A stretch of DNA of 64,000 nt from Candidatus Latescibacterota bacterium (GCA_965197905.1 CBDAOB010000005.1:1600001-1664000); one strand, 5' to 3'. Shown: positions 43,815 to 54,564, counted from the stretch's first letter. The notes: a model not told the origin generated them from the letters alone. Translations and numbers: made by a program.

Positions 43815-45260
43815 CTATTGCGCCCGGTATCCCTTGATGCCCTGGTACACGGTTTGACCGCTGACCTTGGCGATTCCGGTAAGCGGCACGGCCACCAGCA
43901 TTCCAACTATGCCCATCAATTGGCTACCTACCATAACTACGAACAGCACCACGAGCGGGTGAAGATCCACATTCTTCGCGACGATGGTAGGCTGGATCAC
44001 GATATTGTCGATCAGCTGGACCAGCAAGAATACGACTATTACGTGCGTAACCAAACTCATCCCCCCCCCCGTTGCCAGAGCAACGATCGAACCGGTCAAT
44101 ATCCCGATCAACGGCCCAAGGTATGGAATCATGTTCGCGAGTCCTGCGATTATCCCGACGGGCACCGAATACGGCATGCCGATAATAGTCAATCCAACAA
44201 CTGAAAGTAAAGCGACCACCGACACAGCGAGAAGCTGACCACGAATGTAACCACCTATCTGACCGTTTATCTGGTACAGAAGATTCAAACATAGTTCGAA
44301 GTAGGAGTTTGGCACCAACTCGATCAGGCCGCGGGTGATCCTCCTCCCCTCTCGCAAGAAAAAGAACGCAACAAACGGGACGATAACAAGGAATGTAATT
44401 CCGGAGACCAACCCGCCGACGAAGCCAGACGTCCCGCCCAGCAACGTATCCGTCAAACTGCGGCCGTACTGTGTCACCAGATCTGCCAGATCGAGATCGG
44501 CGCCGATGTACGGTTGGATTTTGGGTTGGATCTCCTTCGCCTTATCCGAAATGTGGGAGATGATATTCGGTCCTGCGCGACCGAAATCGATTCCTCGCGC
44601 CGAAACGATGACTGTCTGCGCGCTGAGCTCATCCTCGTGCCCGCCCCTTTCCCAGAATTCGTAAGCAATCGATCCTTCAGCCAACGGTCTAGCATTGCCT
44701 CGCATCCGCAGCGCTACCTGGCGCTGCAGATTCGATACGGAAAACAGCAACACTGCCTGCGACGGGTTGGTATTCTTGGGGGCGAACGTGAACCGAAGCT
44801 GCTGCTTACCGCCAACGGCCAGGCTCAGAGGAAACTTGGTAGAGTCGACCAGGGCAAAGGTTCGATTCAGGTTGGAGCCGGTCCACCGGTAGTCGATGGT
44901 CTGCACGGATTTCCCCGTATTGGAAATGGCGATCTCCCGCTCGACGATCTCCTCCCGGAGAAACTGATCGCTGAGATCGATCATCTCGTCCGTCAGTTTT
45001 CCCCCCGCTTTGAACGCACCGAACGCCAGGCTTCCAACGACGGTTAGAAAGACAGTGACAATACTGATCGTTCGGTTGATCCCCCGACTCTCCATCCAAT
45101 CGATCAACGGTGCCAGTACATAGGCCAGGACGAACGCCAGGACGAACGGGGCGAGCACCCCCCGGATGGCGTAGAGGAACCAGATGGCGCACAACAGGCC
45201 GGCGACCCAGAGCACGATCTTTAGCTGGCGGCCTATAACGGTTGGTTTTTCCTGGTTCAT
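43815..45260 (-). CDS. AI-2E (PerM) family transporter with an inserted soluble domain
   Basis: PFVLAFVLAY...P, YIRGQL, IPYLGP, LHPL and GMLVAVP motifs. Confidence 0.88.
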   Translation of the reverse strand: MNQEKPTVIGRQLKIVLWVAGLLCAIWFLYAIRGVLAPFVLAFVLAYVLAPLIDWMESRGINRTISIVTVFLTVVGSLAFGAFKAGGKLTDEMIDLSDQFLREEIVEREIAISNTGKSVQTIDYRWTGSNLNRTFALVDSTKFPLSLAVGGKQQLRFTFAPKNTNPSQAVLLFSVSNLQRQVALRMRGNARPLAEGSIAYEFWERGGHEDELSAQTVIVSARGIDFGRAGPNIISHISDKAKEIQPKIQPYIGADLDLADLVTQYGRSLTDTLLGGTSGFVGGLVSGITFLVIVPFVAFFFLREGRRITRGLIELVPNSYFELCLNLLYQINGQIGGYIRGQLLAVSVVALLSVVGLTIIGMPYSVPVGIIAGLANMIPYLGPLIGILTGSIVALATGGGMSLVTHVIVVFLLVQLIDNIVIQPTIVAKNVDLHPLVVLFVVMVGSQLMGIVGMLVAVPLTGIAKVSGQTVYQGIKGYRAQ

Positions 45261-45284
45261 TATTGGCAGCCGTCCGGCTCCGGT

Positions 45285-45875
45285 TCACCCGGCATCGGGT
45301 CCCCCGTTCGAGGATTCTTCCATAGGAGGTTTTTCGTCTCCATTCCCGGCAAGGGCAAGCTCATCTGCCTTCGCACGGGCCTCCTTAAGAAGGCGGTTGG
45401 TATGCCGCAACCTGGCAGAAACCATTTGCGAGAGCCTCATGATGATCTTCAGCCCCAGTTGCGGGTTTTGTTCGATGAGTTCGAGAAGATCGGGCCGGAA
45501 AAAACCAACAGCCTTGCACGTTTGCACGGCAATCGCCGAGGCAGTTCGCGGCGACTCCTCATCCAAAAGCGCTTGTTCGCCGAAGAAATCTCCTTCGCCG
45601 AAGGTGGCGAGACGGAGGACTCCCCCCTCTTCTGACTTCTGGACGATCTCTACTTCGCCCGAAAGAATGGTGTACATCCCGACTCCCACCTCTCCCTCGC
45701 GCACGATCGCCTCGTCCGGAGCAAAACTTCGTCGGTGGAGAATTCCTTCAAGTTTCTGGAACTCCCGGCGGCTCAGATCCTGGAAAATGGGGATTTCCTT
45801 GAGAATCTGCGCCAATTCATCGCCGTCCTTCGTGCGCCGGCGGAAGAGATTGCTCCAGAATGGATCTTTAGCCAT
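45285..45875 (-). CDS. Stand-alone cyclic nucleotide-binding domain protein
   Basis: IPIFQDL, GEVEI and FFGEQALL...PRTASA motifs. Confidence 0.9.
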   Translation of the reverse strand: MAKDPFWSNLFRRRTKDGDELAQILKEIPIFQDLSRREFQKLEGILHRRSFAPDEAIVREGEVGVGMYTILSGEVEIVQKSEEGGVLRLATFGEGDFFGEQALLDEESPRTASAIAVQTCKAVGFFRPDLLELIEQNPQLGLKIIMRLSQMVSARLRHTNRLLKEARAKADELALAGNGDEKPPMEESSNGGPDAG

Positions 45876-45973
45876 GAACCTTGCGAATCAGGCTAGATGG
45901 TTGAAAAAAAAAGACTCCTCATGAGAATGAAAGAGTCGTTTTTCGGTGCCGCCTGGTGCTGGATCAGCGCCTG

Positions 45974-46303
45974 CTAAGTGGTCAAGGCGGCGTCCAGCTT
46001 TTCAGCGATCTGCTCCTTTGGAATCGCCCCAATCACCTGATCGGAGACCTTTCCCCCCTTAAAGATCAACAACGTCGGAATGCTGCGAATTCCAAACTCC
46101 ATGGCGGTTTTCTGGGCAGCATCTACATCTAGCTTGGCAATTTTTGCCTTGCCATCGTATTCAGTCGCCAACTCCTCTACGATTGGAGCGACCATGCGGC
46201 AGGGACCGCACCAGGCAGCCCAAAAATCGACCAGCACCGGCAATTGCGAGTCCAGCACTTCCTCCGAGAAGTTGTCGTCAGTGAGTGCGATCGGAGCGCT
46301 CAT
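45974..46303 (-). CDS. trxA: Thioredoxin
   Basis: VDFWAAWCGPC; AGGAGA RBS. Confidence 0.97.
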   Translation of the reverse strand: MSAPIALTDDNFSEEVLDSQLPVLVDFWAAWCGPCRMVAPIVEELATEYDGKAKIAKLDVDAAQKTAMEFGIRSIPTLLIFKGGKVSDQVIGAIPKEQIAEKLDAALTT

Positions 46304-46380
46304 TGAAGCCACATCTCCTTACATAACTAGAATTTTTTCAAGATGTTACCGCCAAATGAATCGAGCCCAATATAATCACC

Positions 46381-47418
46381 TCAAAATGTTCTGTCAACCC
46401 GATCCCGACCCGTCGCAGAGCAGAGCTTGTGCACCAGTAGGTCCAGAACTACGGCTTCGAAATGCCGCCCTTTGGACTTCAGCTGCACATCCGCTGCCAG
46501 CATCGCGCTCAATCCGTTCCACAGCTCTTCCCGAGAAAAATTTCGTTCCTGCGCGACATATTTCCCCACGAAATAGGGAGAAATTCCCAACTCAGAGGCA
46601 AGTTGCGCCTGGGATCTCCTGCGGGCAATCAGCTCCTTGGTGTTGAGCAGGAGCTGGAAATGGCGCTGAATCATGGCGAGCGCGAACGAAACCTCCGAAC
46701 CGTCGCGCAGAAAGGATCGCACGAGTTGGATGGCGCGCTGATAATCCCGGGTGCCAATTTGATCTGTAAGCTCGAATACGCTGGTTTCGCGACGCTGGCT
46801 GGCCGACCTTTCCACATCCTCACGGCTGATGTTCTTGTCGTTGACGGCGATCTTGTCGAGTTCGGTCGCCAACTCCCGGAGATTTGCCCCATTATATAGA
46901 ACCAGAAGGTCCGCGGCCTCCGGGTCCAGGCCAATACCCTGGTCGCGGGCAAACTGCAGCAGCCAGGGCCGCACCTGATTCTCGTAGGGAACGCGGAAGC
47001 GGGCGGCGAATCCCAGACGGGACATCTGCGCGAAGACTCGCCTTCGCATGTCGAGTTTGGCACCCACCGCAATCAGGATCGATGATTCTGCCGGAGCGTC
47101 AAGTACGACCTCGAGCTCCTTGCATTGGGCCGGCGACAGCCGCTCACAGCGCTTCAAAACGATCACGCGGCGATCGCTCATCATAGGGTAGGAATAATAC
47201 GCCTGCGTCACCTCTTCGAGGTTCAAGGCATAGGCAAAGAATCTATCGAGATTGAAATCCGGGGCCTGATCAGGGGTGAGTTTTGAAACCAGATGATCCG
47301 CCGCCCGGTCGCGAGTAAAACCCTCCTCGCCATGGAGCAGGTAGTAGGATCGCACGCGTCCGGAATCCAGTTCCGCACGGACTGCGGATTCGCCGGCTGG
47401 CTCAGACTTCCTGGCCAC
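46381..47418 (-). CDS. holA: DNA polymerase III delta subunit
   Basis: YLLHGEE, PMMSDRRVIVL, ELDKI and VFELTD motifs. Confidence 0.9.
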   Translation of the reverse strand: MARKSEPAGESAVRAELDSGRVRSYYLLHGEEGFTRDRAADHLVSKLTPDQAPDFNLDRFFAYALNLEEVTQAYYSYPMMSDRRVIVLKRCERLSPAQCKELEVVLDAPAESSILIAVGAKLDMRRRVFAQMSRLGFAARFRVPYENQVRPWLLQFARDQGIGLDPEAADLLVLYNGANLRELATELDKIAVNDKNISREDVERSASQRRETSVFELTDQIGTRDYQRAIQLVRSFLRDGSEVSFALAMIQRHFQLLLNTKELIARRRSQAQLASELGISPYFVGKYVAQERNFSREELWNGLSAMLAADVQLKSKGRHFEAVVLDLLVHKLCSATGRDRVDRTF

Positions 47419-47605
47419 GCTCCTCTTCTCCCGGGGTCGGCTCACAATCGCTGAACTCGGCGTCCTCGATATCGTCCCGCGGCACGCGCGAAACGTCGTT
47501 TTTGCGCTCTCCACCGATTACTCGCGATGCGGGATTGCCCCACGCTGCTCTGCAGAGTTGGTAGAGCAGAAAGCCGACGACTAGAAGCAGAACAACCTTC
47601 AACAT
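47402..47605 (-). CDS. Small membrane protein
   Basis: N-terminal TM; DIEDAEF motif; co-oriented between purM and holA. Confidence 0.7.
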   Translation of the reverse strand: MLKVVLLLVVGFLLYQLCRAAWGNPASRVIGGERKNDVSRVPRDDIEDAEFSDCEPTPGEEERGQEV

Positions 47606-47621
47606 GGCGGTATCAGCAGGG

Positions 47622-48668
47622 TCAGCGCAGCAACACGACGGGCGGTGCCCCGTCTTCGACGTGCCCGATTCGAAACGCCGTTTCTCCGAAGTCTGTCAAC
47701 GATTCCAAAGCTTTCTCCGTCTCATCCTTGGAAACGACAACGATCATGCCGATGCCCATATTGAAGACGTGATACATCTCCCGCTCGCCGATCTTTCCAA
47801 GCTTTTCGACAAGACGAAAAATCGCCGGAATCTCCCAGCTACTCGAGTCAATCCGAGCCCCTAGGTTTTGCGGCAGTACGCGGGGGATATTGTCCCACAG
47901 GCCCCCTCCCGTGACGTGGACCAGACCTTTGACATTTACCAGCCCCAGCAGGTGGTGAATGACGTTCACGTACGGCCTGTGGATTCGCAACAGTTCGTCG
48001 GCAATCGTCGTGGCTTCCCCCGTTTCTTGCTCGAACGGTGTCTCGAGTTCGAGACCGGCTTCACCGAACAACACCTTTCGAGCAAGCGTGTAGCCGTTGG
48101 TGTGCATGCCGTTTGATGCCAGACCGATCAATTGGTCCCCGGCGGCAATGGCCGAACCGTCGATGATCTTGGCGCTATCCACGATGCCGACAATGCTCCC
48201 AGCCAGGTCGTACTCGCCTTCGTTGTAGAATTCGGACAGCTCGGCAGTCTCTCCCCCGATGAGTGAACAACCAACCTCACTACATCCTCGGGCAACCCCA
48301 CCCACCAAAGCCTTTACGACCTCTGGGTCGTGACTGCCCAGCCCCAGGTAGTCCATGAAGAACAGCGGGCGCGCGCCCTGAACCAGGATATCGTTGGCAC
48401 AGTGGAAAACGATGTCCATGCCAACGGAATCGTGGATCCCGCTGGCGAAGGCGATCTTGAGCTTGGAGCCGACGCTGTCGACGCTGGACACCAAAATGGG
48501 ATCATCGTATTCCTTCCACGGAGGTCGAAACAGTCCCCCGAACCCACCCAGTTCGCCGATCACCCCATCGCCATGGGAAGCGCGCACTAGTTCCCTCAAC
48601 TGCAGCTTTGTTTCGTTTGCTCGCTCGATATCCACACCTGCGACTGCGTAGGCGTCTTTGCGAACCAT
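47622..48668 (-). CDS. purM: AIR synthase (phosphoribosylformylglycinamidine cyclo-ligase)
   Basis: AGVDI, GGFGGLF, GGETAE, HVTGGG and FNMGIG motifs. Confidence 0.97.
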   Translation of the reverse strand: MVRKDAYAVAGVDIERANETKLQLRELVRASHGDGVIGELGGFGGLFRPPWKEYDDPILVSSVDSVGSKLKIAFASGIHDSVGMDIVFHCANDILVQGARPLFFMDYLGLGSHDPEVVKALVGGVARGCSEVGCSLIGGETAELSEFYNEGEYDLAGSIVGIVDSAKIIDGSAIAAGDQLIGLASNGMHTNGYTLARKVLFGEAGLELETPFEQETGEATTIADELLRIHRPYVNVIHHLLGLVNVKGLVHVTGGGLWDNIPRVLPQNLGARIDSSSWEIPAIFRLVEKLGKIGEREMYHVFNMGIGMIVVVSKDETEKALESLTDFGETAFRIGHVEDGAPPVVLLR

Positions 48669-48809
48669 TGGCTGAACCTAACGAGGAGATTGGTGTACGG
48701 AGAGAATGAAATAATAGAAGGTGCCAATGGGTCCGTCAATCAACTTCATTGACCACCCCGGTTGGGCCTCATACCTTCTTCCACCCTCCTCAACAACGGT
48801 GTACCGTCG

Positions 48810-49930
48810 GTGAATCTCACCTCAATTCGCAGGGCGTTTCCCATCTCAGACCGATGGATCTACATGAACCACGCCGCGGTCGCCCCGCTGTCGCGACCGG
48901 CCGCGGACGCGATGGGCGCATTCGCTCAGGATGCGGCGCAGAACTCCATGGCCCACTACGACGAATGGAACGAGATGGTGCGAACAGCACGCCACAGTGT
49001 TGCACGCCTGATCGGCGCCAGTGGCGAAGAGATCGCGTTCTTGAAGAACACTACCGACGGTATCATCGCCGTTGCGGAAGGCCTCGACTGGCGCACCGGC
49101 GACAACGTGGTATTGGCTTCCTGCGAGTTCCCCGCCAACGTCTACCCCTGGAAGAATCTGGCATCCAAGGGAGTGGAGATTCATTGGGTCGACGAAGCCG
49201 ATGGGCGGCTCTCGCTCGAAGCCTACGGTGCGGCAATCGATGACCGCACTCGAGTGGTCTCGGCCAGCGCCGTCCAGTTCCACTCCGGCTTCAGGAACGA
49301 CCTGGCCGGACTGTCGAAAATATGCAAGCAGCACGGGGCACTCTTCGTAGTGGATGGCATCCAGAGTGTGGGGGCCCTGCCCATGGATGTGGAGGCGCAG
49401 GGCATCGATTTCCTGGCAGCCGACGGTCACAAGTGGATGTTGGGTCCCGAAGGATGTGCTCTGTTCTACTGCTCCACCAACGTGCTCGAATCGATACGGG
49501 TGGCATCCTTGGGGTGGGCCAGCTCAGCGATGCGGACTTCTTTAACTATGACACGACCCTGCACGGAGATGCTCGGCGCTTCGAGACCGGCACCCTCAAC
49601 ACGATTGGCATCGCCGGTCTGAAGGTCGCCGCCGAACTGCTGTTGGAGGTCGGTATCGAGCAGGTAAGCGAACGCATTTTACATTTGACTGATTCGCTGT
49701 GCGACGGACTCTCCGATCTCGATTTCAATATTCTGACGCCGAGGAGTCCGGGCGAAAAATCGGGCATCGTCACCTTCACGAGGAAGGGGTGGGATCTTGG
49801 GTCGGTGGAAAAACTCCTCATAGACCGCAGGATCATCGCCACTGCCCGCAACGGCTGCGTACGCCTGTCTCCGCATTTCTACAATTCGGACGAAGAGATC
49901 GACGAGGTGTTGTCCGCTCTTGCACCGTAA
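48810..49930 (+). CDS. Aminotransferase class V / cysteine desulfurase-like enzyme, frameshifted at about 49523
   Basis: YMNHAA, VDGIQS and DGHKWMLGP in one frame; ARRFETGT and RLSPHFYN in another. Confidence 0.88.
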
Positions 49931-49939
49931 ACAGCGGGA

Positions 49940-50806
49940 CTAATCCAAACCCCTGCGATTCTCTCGCAGGAGTCTGCCGTTCAATTCGCCGCCTAGCAGC
50001 AGCACGAATGACACCAGATAGGCCGACAGCAGTAGTACGATCACGGCACCCAGCACGCCATATACCACGTTGTAGTAGCTAAAATTCTGGACGAAAAAGG
50101 CGAACCCGTAGGCGATTGCCGACCAGAGGGCAACGAACAACAGGCTCCCCGGCAGCACATCCGACCATCGCTGTTCGATATTGGGCCCGATTCTGTAGAT
50201 ACAAGCCGCCGCGACGATGGTCCCTCCGATGCCCGCCGTGGGTCGCAGGATTCCCGCCAACGAAGGAAAGCTCCTGGTCAGATCCCAGTGGGCGTGAAGC
50301 CAGTTTTCCACTTGGGCGCTGAACACGATCAGGTTGAACAGAAACACCAGGGACAACCCGCCACTTACCAACAAGACGATGGAAAGCGCACGTTTCTGCC
50401 AAAACGGCCGCAACTCCTCAGCACCATAGGCACGGTTCAACGCACTCATGGTGGTTGACATGCTGGCGGAGGCAGGCCAAATAACACCAAGAATTCCCAC
50501 GAAGAACAGGCTCTGGGACGAATCCCAGACATGCTGGATGTTCTCTTCGACGACGATGAGCAGCGGAGCGGGAAGGATGAGGCCGAAATCCTCAAGTAGA
50601 GTCTTGAAATCTTCCGGCGATATCTCGGATATGCCCAATAGAGCGGTGAGCACCAGAATGCCGGGAAAAGTGGCAAAGACGAAATCGAACGCCATTGCCG
50701 CAGCGGCATCGGTAATGTCGTGGCGATACGCTGCAGCAACCGTATCCTTGAATACCGATCCCCAGGGGCGGCGCAGGTAGTTCAATAGGCCGGACGTCAC
50801 TGCCAA
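49940..50806 (-). CDS. YihY/BrkB family membrane protein
   Basis: AAAMAF, ALNRAY, PG and YNVVYGVLGAVI motifs. Confidence 0.9.
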   Translation of the reverse strand: MAVTSGLLNYLRRPWGSVFKDTVAAAYRHDITDAAAAMAFDFVFATFPGILVLTALLGISEISPEDFKTLLEDFGLILPAPLLIVVEENIQHVWDSSQSLFFVGILGVIWPASASMSTTMSALNRAYGAEELRPFWQKRALSIVLLVSGGLSLVFLFNLIVFSAQVENWLHAHWDLTRSFPSLAGILRPTAGIGGTIVAAACIYRIGPNIEQRWSDVLPGSLLFVALWSAIAYGFAFFVQNFSYYNVVYGVLGAVIVLLLSAYLVSFVLLLGGELNGRLLRENRRGLD

Positions 50807-50812
50807 TCGACC

Positions 50813-51580
50813 TCAGCGAAGATGGTCTGTGACCTCCTTATACAGGTGCCCGTTGGTCGACACCGCGTTCTTACCGTAGATGGTCGCCGTCCCTTCCCAA
50901 TCGGTGAAGGTGCCGCCCGCTTCCTCCAGAATAGGTAGCAGGGGACCGCAATCCCAGGGGCTCATGACCGGATCGAAACTCGCGTCAGCCCTGCCCGTGG
51001 CCACCAGGATGTGCCCGTAACAATCGCCCCAGCCTCTCACGATTCGCGCACTAGTGGCCAACCGTTCCCAGCGATGGCCGCAACCTTGCTCGGTAAACGC
51101 GGTGGATTCCGTATAACAAAGACATGCCTGAGAAAGCTCACTCACGTTGGAAACACGCGCACGCCGGCCGTTCCACCAGCACCCTTCGCCTTTGGCCACC
51201 CAGACCATTTCTCCCAGTGCGGGCATATGGACGACCCCCACCTGGACCCCTTCGGGGTCTTCGAAAGCGAGAAGCACCCCGTAAAGCGGAACCCCGTGCA
51301 CGAAGGATTTTGTGCCGTCAATCGGATCGACGATCCAGGAACACCCGGAGCTGCTTTCTACGTCGTCGAATTCCTCGCCAACAATACCGTCCTTCGGGTA
51401 GGCGCGTCCGATCATCTTCCGGATCTTCTGCTCCGACTCGCGGTCTGCTTCGGTCACGGGCGACTGGTCAGCTTTCCAATCCGGCTCCAAGCCCGTCTGA
51501 AAACGACTCAAGGTCGACTTACCCGCTTGATAGGCCACCTCAAGCGCAAACTCCATTCGCTGCGGAATGGTATCTACCAT
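50813..51580 (-). CDS. hisN: Histidinol-phosphatase (inositol monophosphatase family)
   Basis: KADQSPVTEAD, DPIDGTKSF, GWGDCYG and WD motifs. Confidence 0.88.
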   Translation of the reverse strand: MVDTIPQRMEFALEVAYQAGKSTLSRFQTGLEPDWKADQSPVTEADRESEQKIRKMIGRAYPKDGIVGEEFDDVESSSGCSWIVDPIDGTKSFVHGVPLYGVLLAFEDPEGVQVGVVHMPALGEMVWVAKGEGCWWNGRRARVSNVSELSQACLCYTESTAFTEQGCGHRWERLATSARIVRGWGDCYGHILVATGRADASFDPVMSPWDCGPLLPILEEAGGTFTDWEGTATIYGKNAVSTNGHLYKEVTDHLR

Positions 51581-52438
51581 TCAAGCTCCGAGAATCTTGC
51601 CCCGCAAGTGCACCAGCAGCTGGAGAGCCTGCTCGATGTCTGTCTTCTGATCGGCGGAATACTCCCGCTCCACCGTCAACGGTCCATGGTACCCCAGCTC
51701 GTTCAGCTTGTGGAGAAACCGTTCGATGTCCACGTCGCCGCTGCCCAGCGGTGCATCTGCGTGCCATGGTTGTCCCTGCTCGCGGAGCTTCTTTGCGTCC
51801 TTGCAGTGGACGCTTTTCACGTGTCCACCGATCAACTCCAGGGCTTCGAGCGGTTCACCGGAACCGTAAAGGATCATGTTCGCCGGATCGAAGTTCACCG
51901 CCAGGTTCTCTCGTCCGACGGCGTTGATGAACTCGAGCAGCTCGCTGGCCGTTTCCTGGCCAGTCTCCAGGTTGAAGGTCTGACCCATGCTTGCGCAGTG
52001 GTCGCAGATCTCTCGCGCCGCGGCGACGACCGCGGCAAACTCCGGGTCCCGGGTATTTGACGGAACGAACCCAAAGTGCATGCCGATGGCGCCAACGCCG
52101 AGTTCGGCGGCAAAGTCGGCTATTTCCAGGGTCTCCTTCAACCTCGCAGGTCGTCGGCCGCTGGGTACCAGACCGACCGTTTCGATGACGGATTCGACAG
52201 TGCTGTAGTCATCTTCCGGAAAACCGACGAAGACGACAGTGATTTCAATATTTGCCGCAGCAAAATCCCGCTTGATCTCTTGCGTCCGAGATCTGATCCT
52301 TTGATCAGGTTGTGGCGCATGCAGGTGAACGGTGGGCACGCTCAGTGCGTTCACGGCATCCAGATCGGCCCCGAGTCCGGAGCCGATCGATGTAAATATC
52401 CCGGTCGCCCATTTATCCATACGCTCAGTCCCGATCAA
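51581..52438 (-). CDS. Sugar phosphate isomerase/epimerase (xylose isomerase-like TIM barrel)
   Basis: LETGQE, NFDPAN, VHCKD and TVERE motifs. Confidence 0.88.
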   Translation of the reverse strand: MIGTERMDKWATGIFTSIGSGLGADLDAVNALSVPTVHLHAPQPDQRIRSRTQEIKRDFAAANIEITVVFVGFPEDDYSTVESVIETVGLVPSGRRPARLKETLEIADFAAELGVGAIGMHFGFVPSNTRDPEFAAVVAAAREICDHCASMGQTFNLETGQETASELLEFINAVGRENLAVNFDPANMILYGSGEPLEALELIGGHVKSVHCKDAKKLREQGQPWHADAPLGSGDVDIERFLHKLNELGYHGPLTVEREYSADQKTDIEQALQLLVHLRGKILGA

Positions 52439-54215
52439 AACTTTGTACTGTTACTGACTTCCACGGTGTTTCCCCCTTTGTCCTTGGCTCGATAGAGGGT
52501 CAACACGAGGGACTGGTATATGGCATTCGCCAGGTCGACTACCGAACCACCGGTAGTGCGCTCAATGGTTACAACCGCGATGCTCGACACCAAGGGCAAC
52601 TGGGTCTTGTCGATCTGAACGGTTGCCGCAGCCAAACGTCGACGCATATCGGAAGCCCGCTGCCGTGCGACGTTGTTGGTCATCGACCCGATGAGCACAA
52701 AGTTGGCGCCATCTAGCCGGTAAAGCTGCTCTCCGTCACTCAGGAACTTGCGCAACCCTTTGGCGCTCTCCTGCAACATCCGATCACCCATCAGCCAACC
52801 ATGGCCCTGGTTCACTTTGTCCACCTGATCCAGACCGATTGCAATACAACTCATGGGTCCGGAATCCTTCAGCTGTTTTATCGCCTTTGGAAGAATCAGG
52901 TTGAACAGCATCGTCTTGTTCGGCAATCCGGTTAGCATGTCCCGGCCCGCCAACTGGCGCCACTTCTTGTTGTCCTCCTCGACCGACTCCAGACGCCCTT
53001 TCAAGGAAGTCAGTTCGTCCTTGAGCATGTTGACCTGTCGCGTCGCCTGATCCAGGGAGCCGAAAGCCTCCTCGACCGGCTCCTCCTTAGGGCTTTCGGC
53101 GCCGTTACCCGATGGTTTCGGCACCGCCTTTTTGGGTCGCTCCGCGCCTTTGGGCGCTACCCCCTTGCCATTCTGCTTCTTGGAATTCTTGCCTTCCTTC
53201 GCTGCTGCCGCCTTGGCTTTCTTTACCGGCTCCTCTGTTGTTTGGGCGGCCGCAACTTCGGCCTCCGCCCCCCCCCCCGACTCTTGTGAAGCTCGCGAAG
53301 CTCGCGACCCCGCTCACCGGTCTTGTCGAGCATTTCGCGGGCTCGATTGACCGCCCCGCCGACGATGCTCTTGTCGCTGATAATACCCACGCACCGTTCT
53401 ATCACGCCGCTGAAAAAACTTGAGGCTTTCTTGAAATCCTCCGCGCTGTTGGTCAGTTCGTAGAGCCGAAAACCGATCTCGGCCAGGAGCTGCTGGAGTC
53501 GAAGCTCGTCCTCGGTTTTTGCCTCTTTCAGCGTTTCGAAATTGCGCTCAAAGTACGAGCGGGCATAGCGCAGGGCGTCGGCCTCATCGAGGGTGAGCTT
53601 GGGAACGGCCGGGTAGCCCTTGTTCTCGGGAATGGCTTTCTGCCAACGTTTTTTCACCTTCGCGAATCGCGCCGTCGCCGCTTCGAGATCCGCGCCCGGA
53701 TAGAATTTTTCTAGGTCTCGAAAGAGCCACGCGATTCGCAGGTAATAACGTGCCACATTGCCGTGTATAATCCGCTGGCGCAGACACTGGGAGTAGATCC
53801 CCAGGAAGAACTGGGCCATCACCTTAACCAGTGGATCTGCGTCCTCGGTCAGCAATCCGAGGCTATGCGTGATGCCTTTGCCCGTTGCACTCCAGGTGAG
53901 ATGCTGGCGTAGCGCGTCGGCCGCAAAATCGCTGCGGAAGGCGTCAGGATTCTTTGACGCTTGGCGAAAATCGGCATCATCCAACTCGCCGGTGAAGCGG
54001 CATTTCGGGCAGACTCCAAAGAAGAACTGCTTCGGATCTACGGAATCGAATCCCGCCTTTCCCCACTTGAATTCAGTGGGATGTCCATCGCCCTCCGATT
54101 TTTGGGGGCGGACCATGTCACGCTTAAGACGGTAGAACTCCTTCGTTGTGTCGCACAGCGGACACTGAATGTCATACTTGCGACATATCTGCAGCATTTC
54201 TTGGTCAGAGAGCAT
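52435..54215 (-). CDS. DUF2225-like Zn-ribbon/TPR domain + Lys/Ala linker + degenerate GGDEF domain, split at a G11 tract (53268-53278)
   Basis: CPLC...CPKC and LRIAWLFR; the frame after the tract reads AEAEVAAAQTTEEPVKKAK... without a stop into DMLTGLPN...RLDGANF...AKDKGGN. Confidence 0.75.
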
Positions 54216-54301
54216 CAGTTTATCCCTTACGTACGCGCATCTGAATACAAAGCCCTACGAGAAAATATTATGCGTTTCCAACTTTTTGCACAACAATAAG
54301 T

Positions 54302-54335
54302 AAGAGGGGGCGGTTGCCCGCCCCCTCTTTACTTT
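54302..54335. terminator. Strong GC hairpin, probable terminator
   Basis: AAGAGGGGGCGG-TTGC-CCGCCCCCTCTT flanked by A/T-rich sequence. Confidence 0.75.
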
Positions 54336-54357
54336 CCAACGTTGCTGTTGGAGCCGG

Positions 54358-54507
54358 TCAGTCAGCTGCGTTCCCCGCCGCTGTTTGACCCACATCCGCT
54401 TGCACATCCGCCAGGACATCTCGCAATTTCCGGCGGAAGTTCAAGATCCTAGATTCCACTTCTTCTATTGACTGTAGAAGATCTTCTTCCTTTGTGTCGT
54501 TGGCCAT
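54358..54507 (-). CDS. 49-aa coiled-coil small protein downstream of the sigma factor
   Basis: MANDTKEEDLLQSIEEVESRILNFRRKLRDVLADVQADVGQTAAGNAAD; GAGGGG RBS; not in ORF track. Confidence 0.65.
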   Translation of the reverse strand: MANDTKEEDLLQSIEEVESRILNFRRKLRDVLADVQADVGQTAAGNAAD

Positions 54508-54564
54508 GAAAACCCCTCAAGGTAAAAAGGGGACGGAGCGTGGGGGGATAGGGTCTGGATCATA

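Noticed and set aside
44061..44070. G10 tract as a phase-variation site in the AI-2E gene
   Set aside because: It is in frame (TGGG) and the ORF is intact; nothing here shows variation.
51011..52060. Long + strand ORFs over hisN and the isomerase gene (and similar antisense ORFs elsewhere)
   Set aside because: High-GC antisense shadows of well-supported genes.
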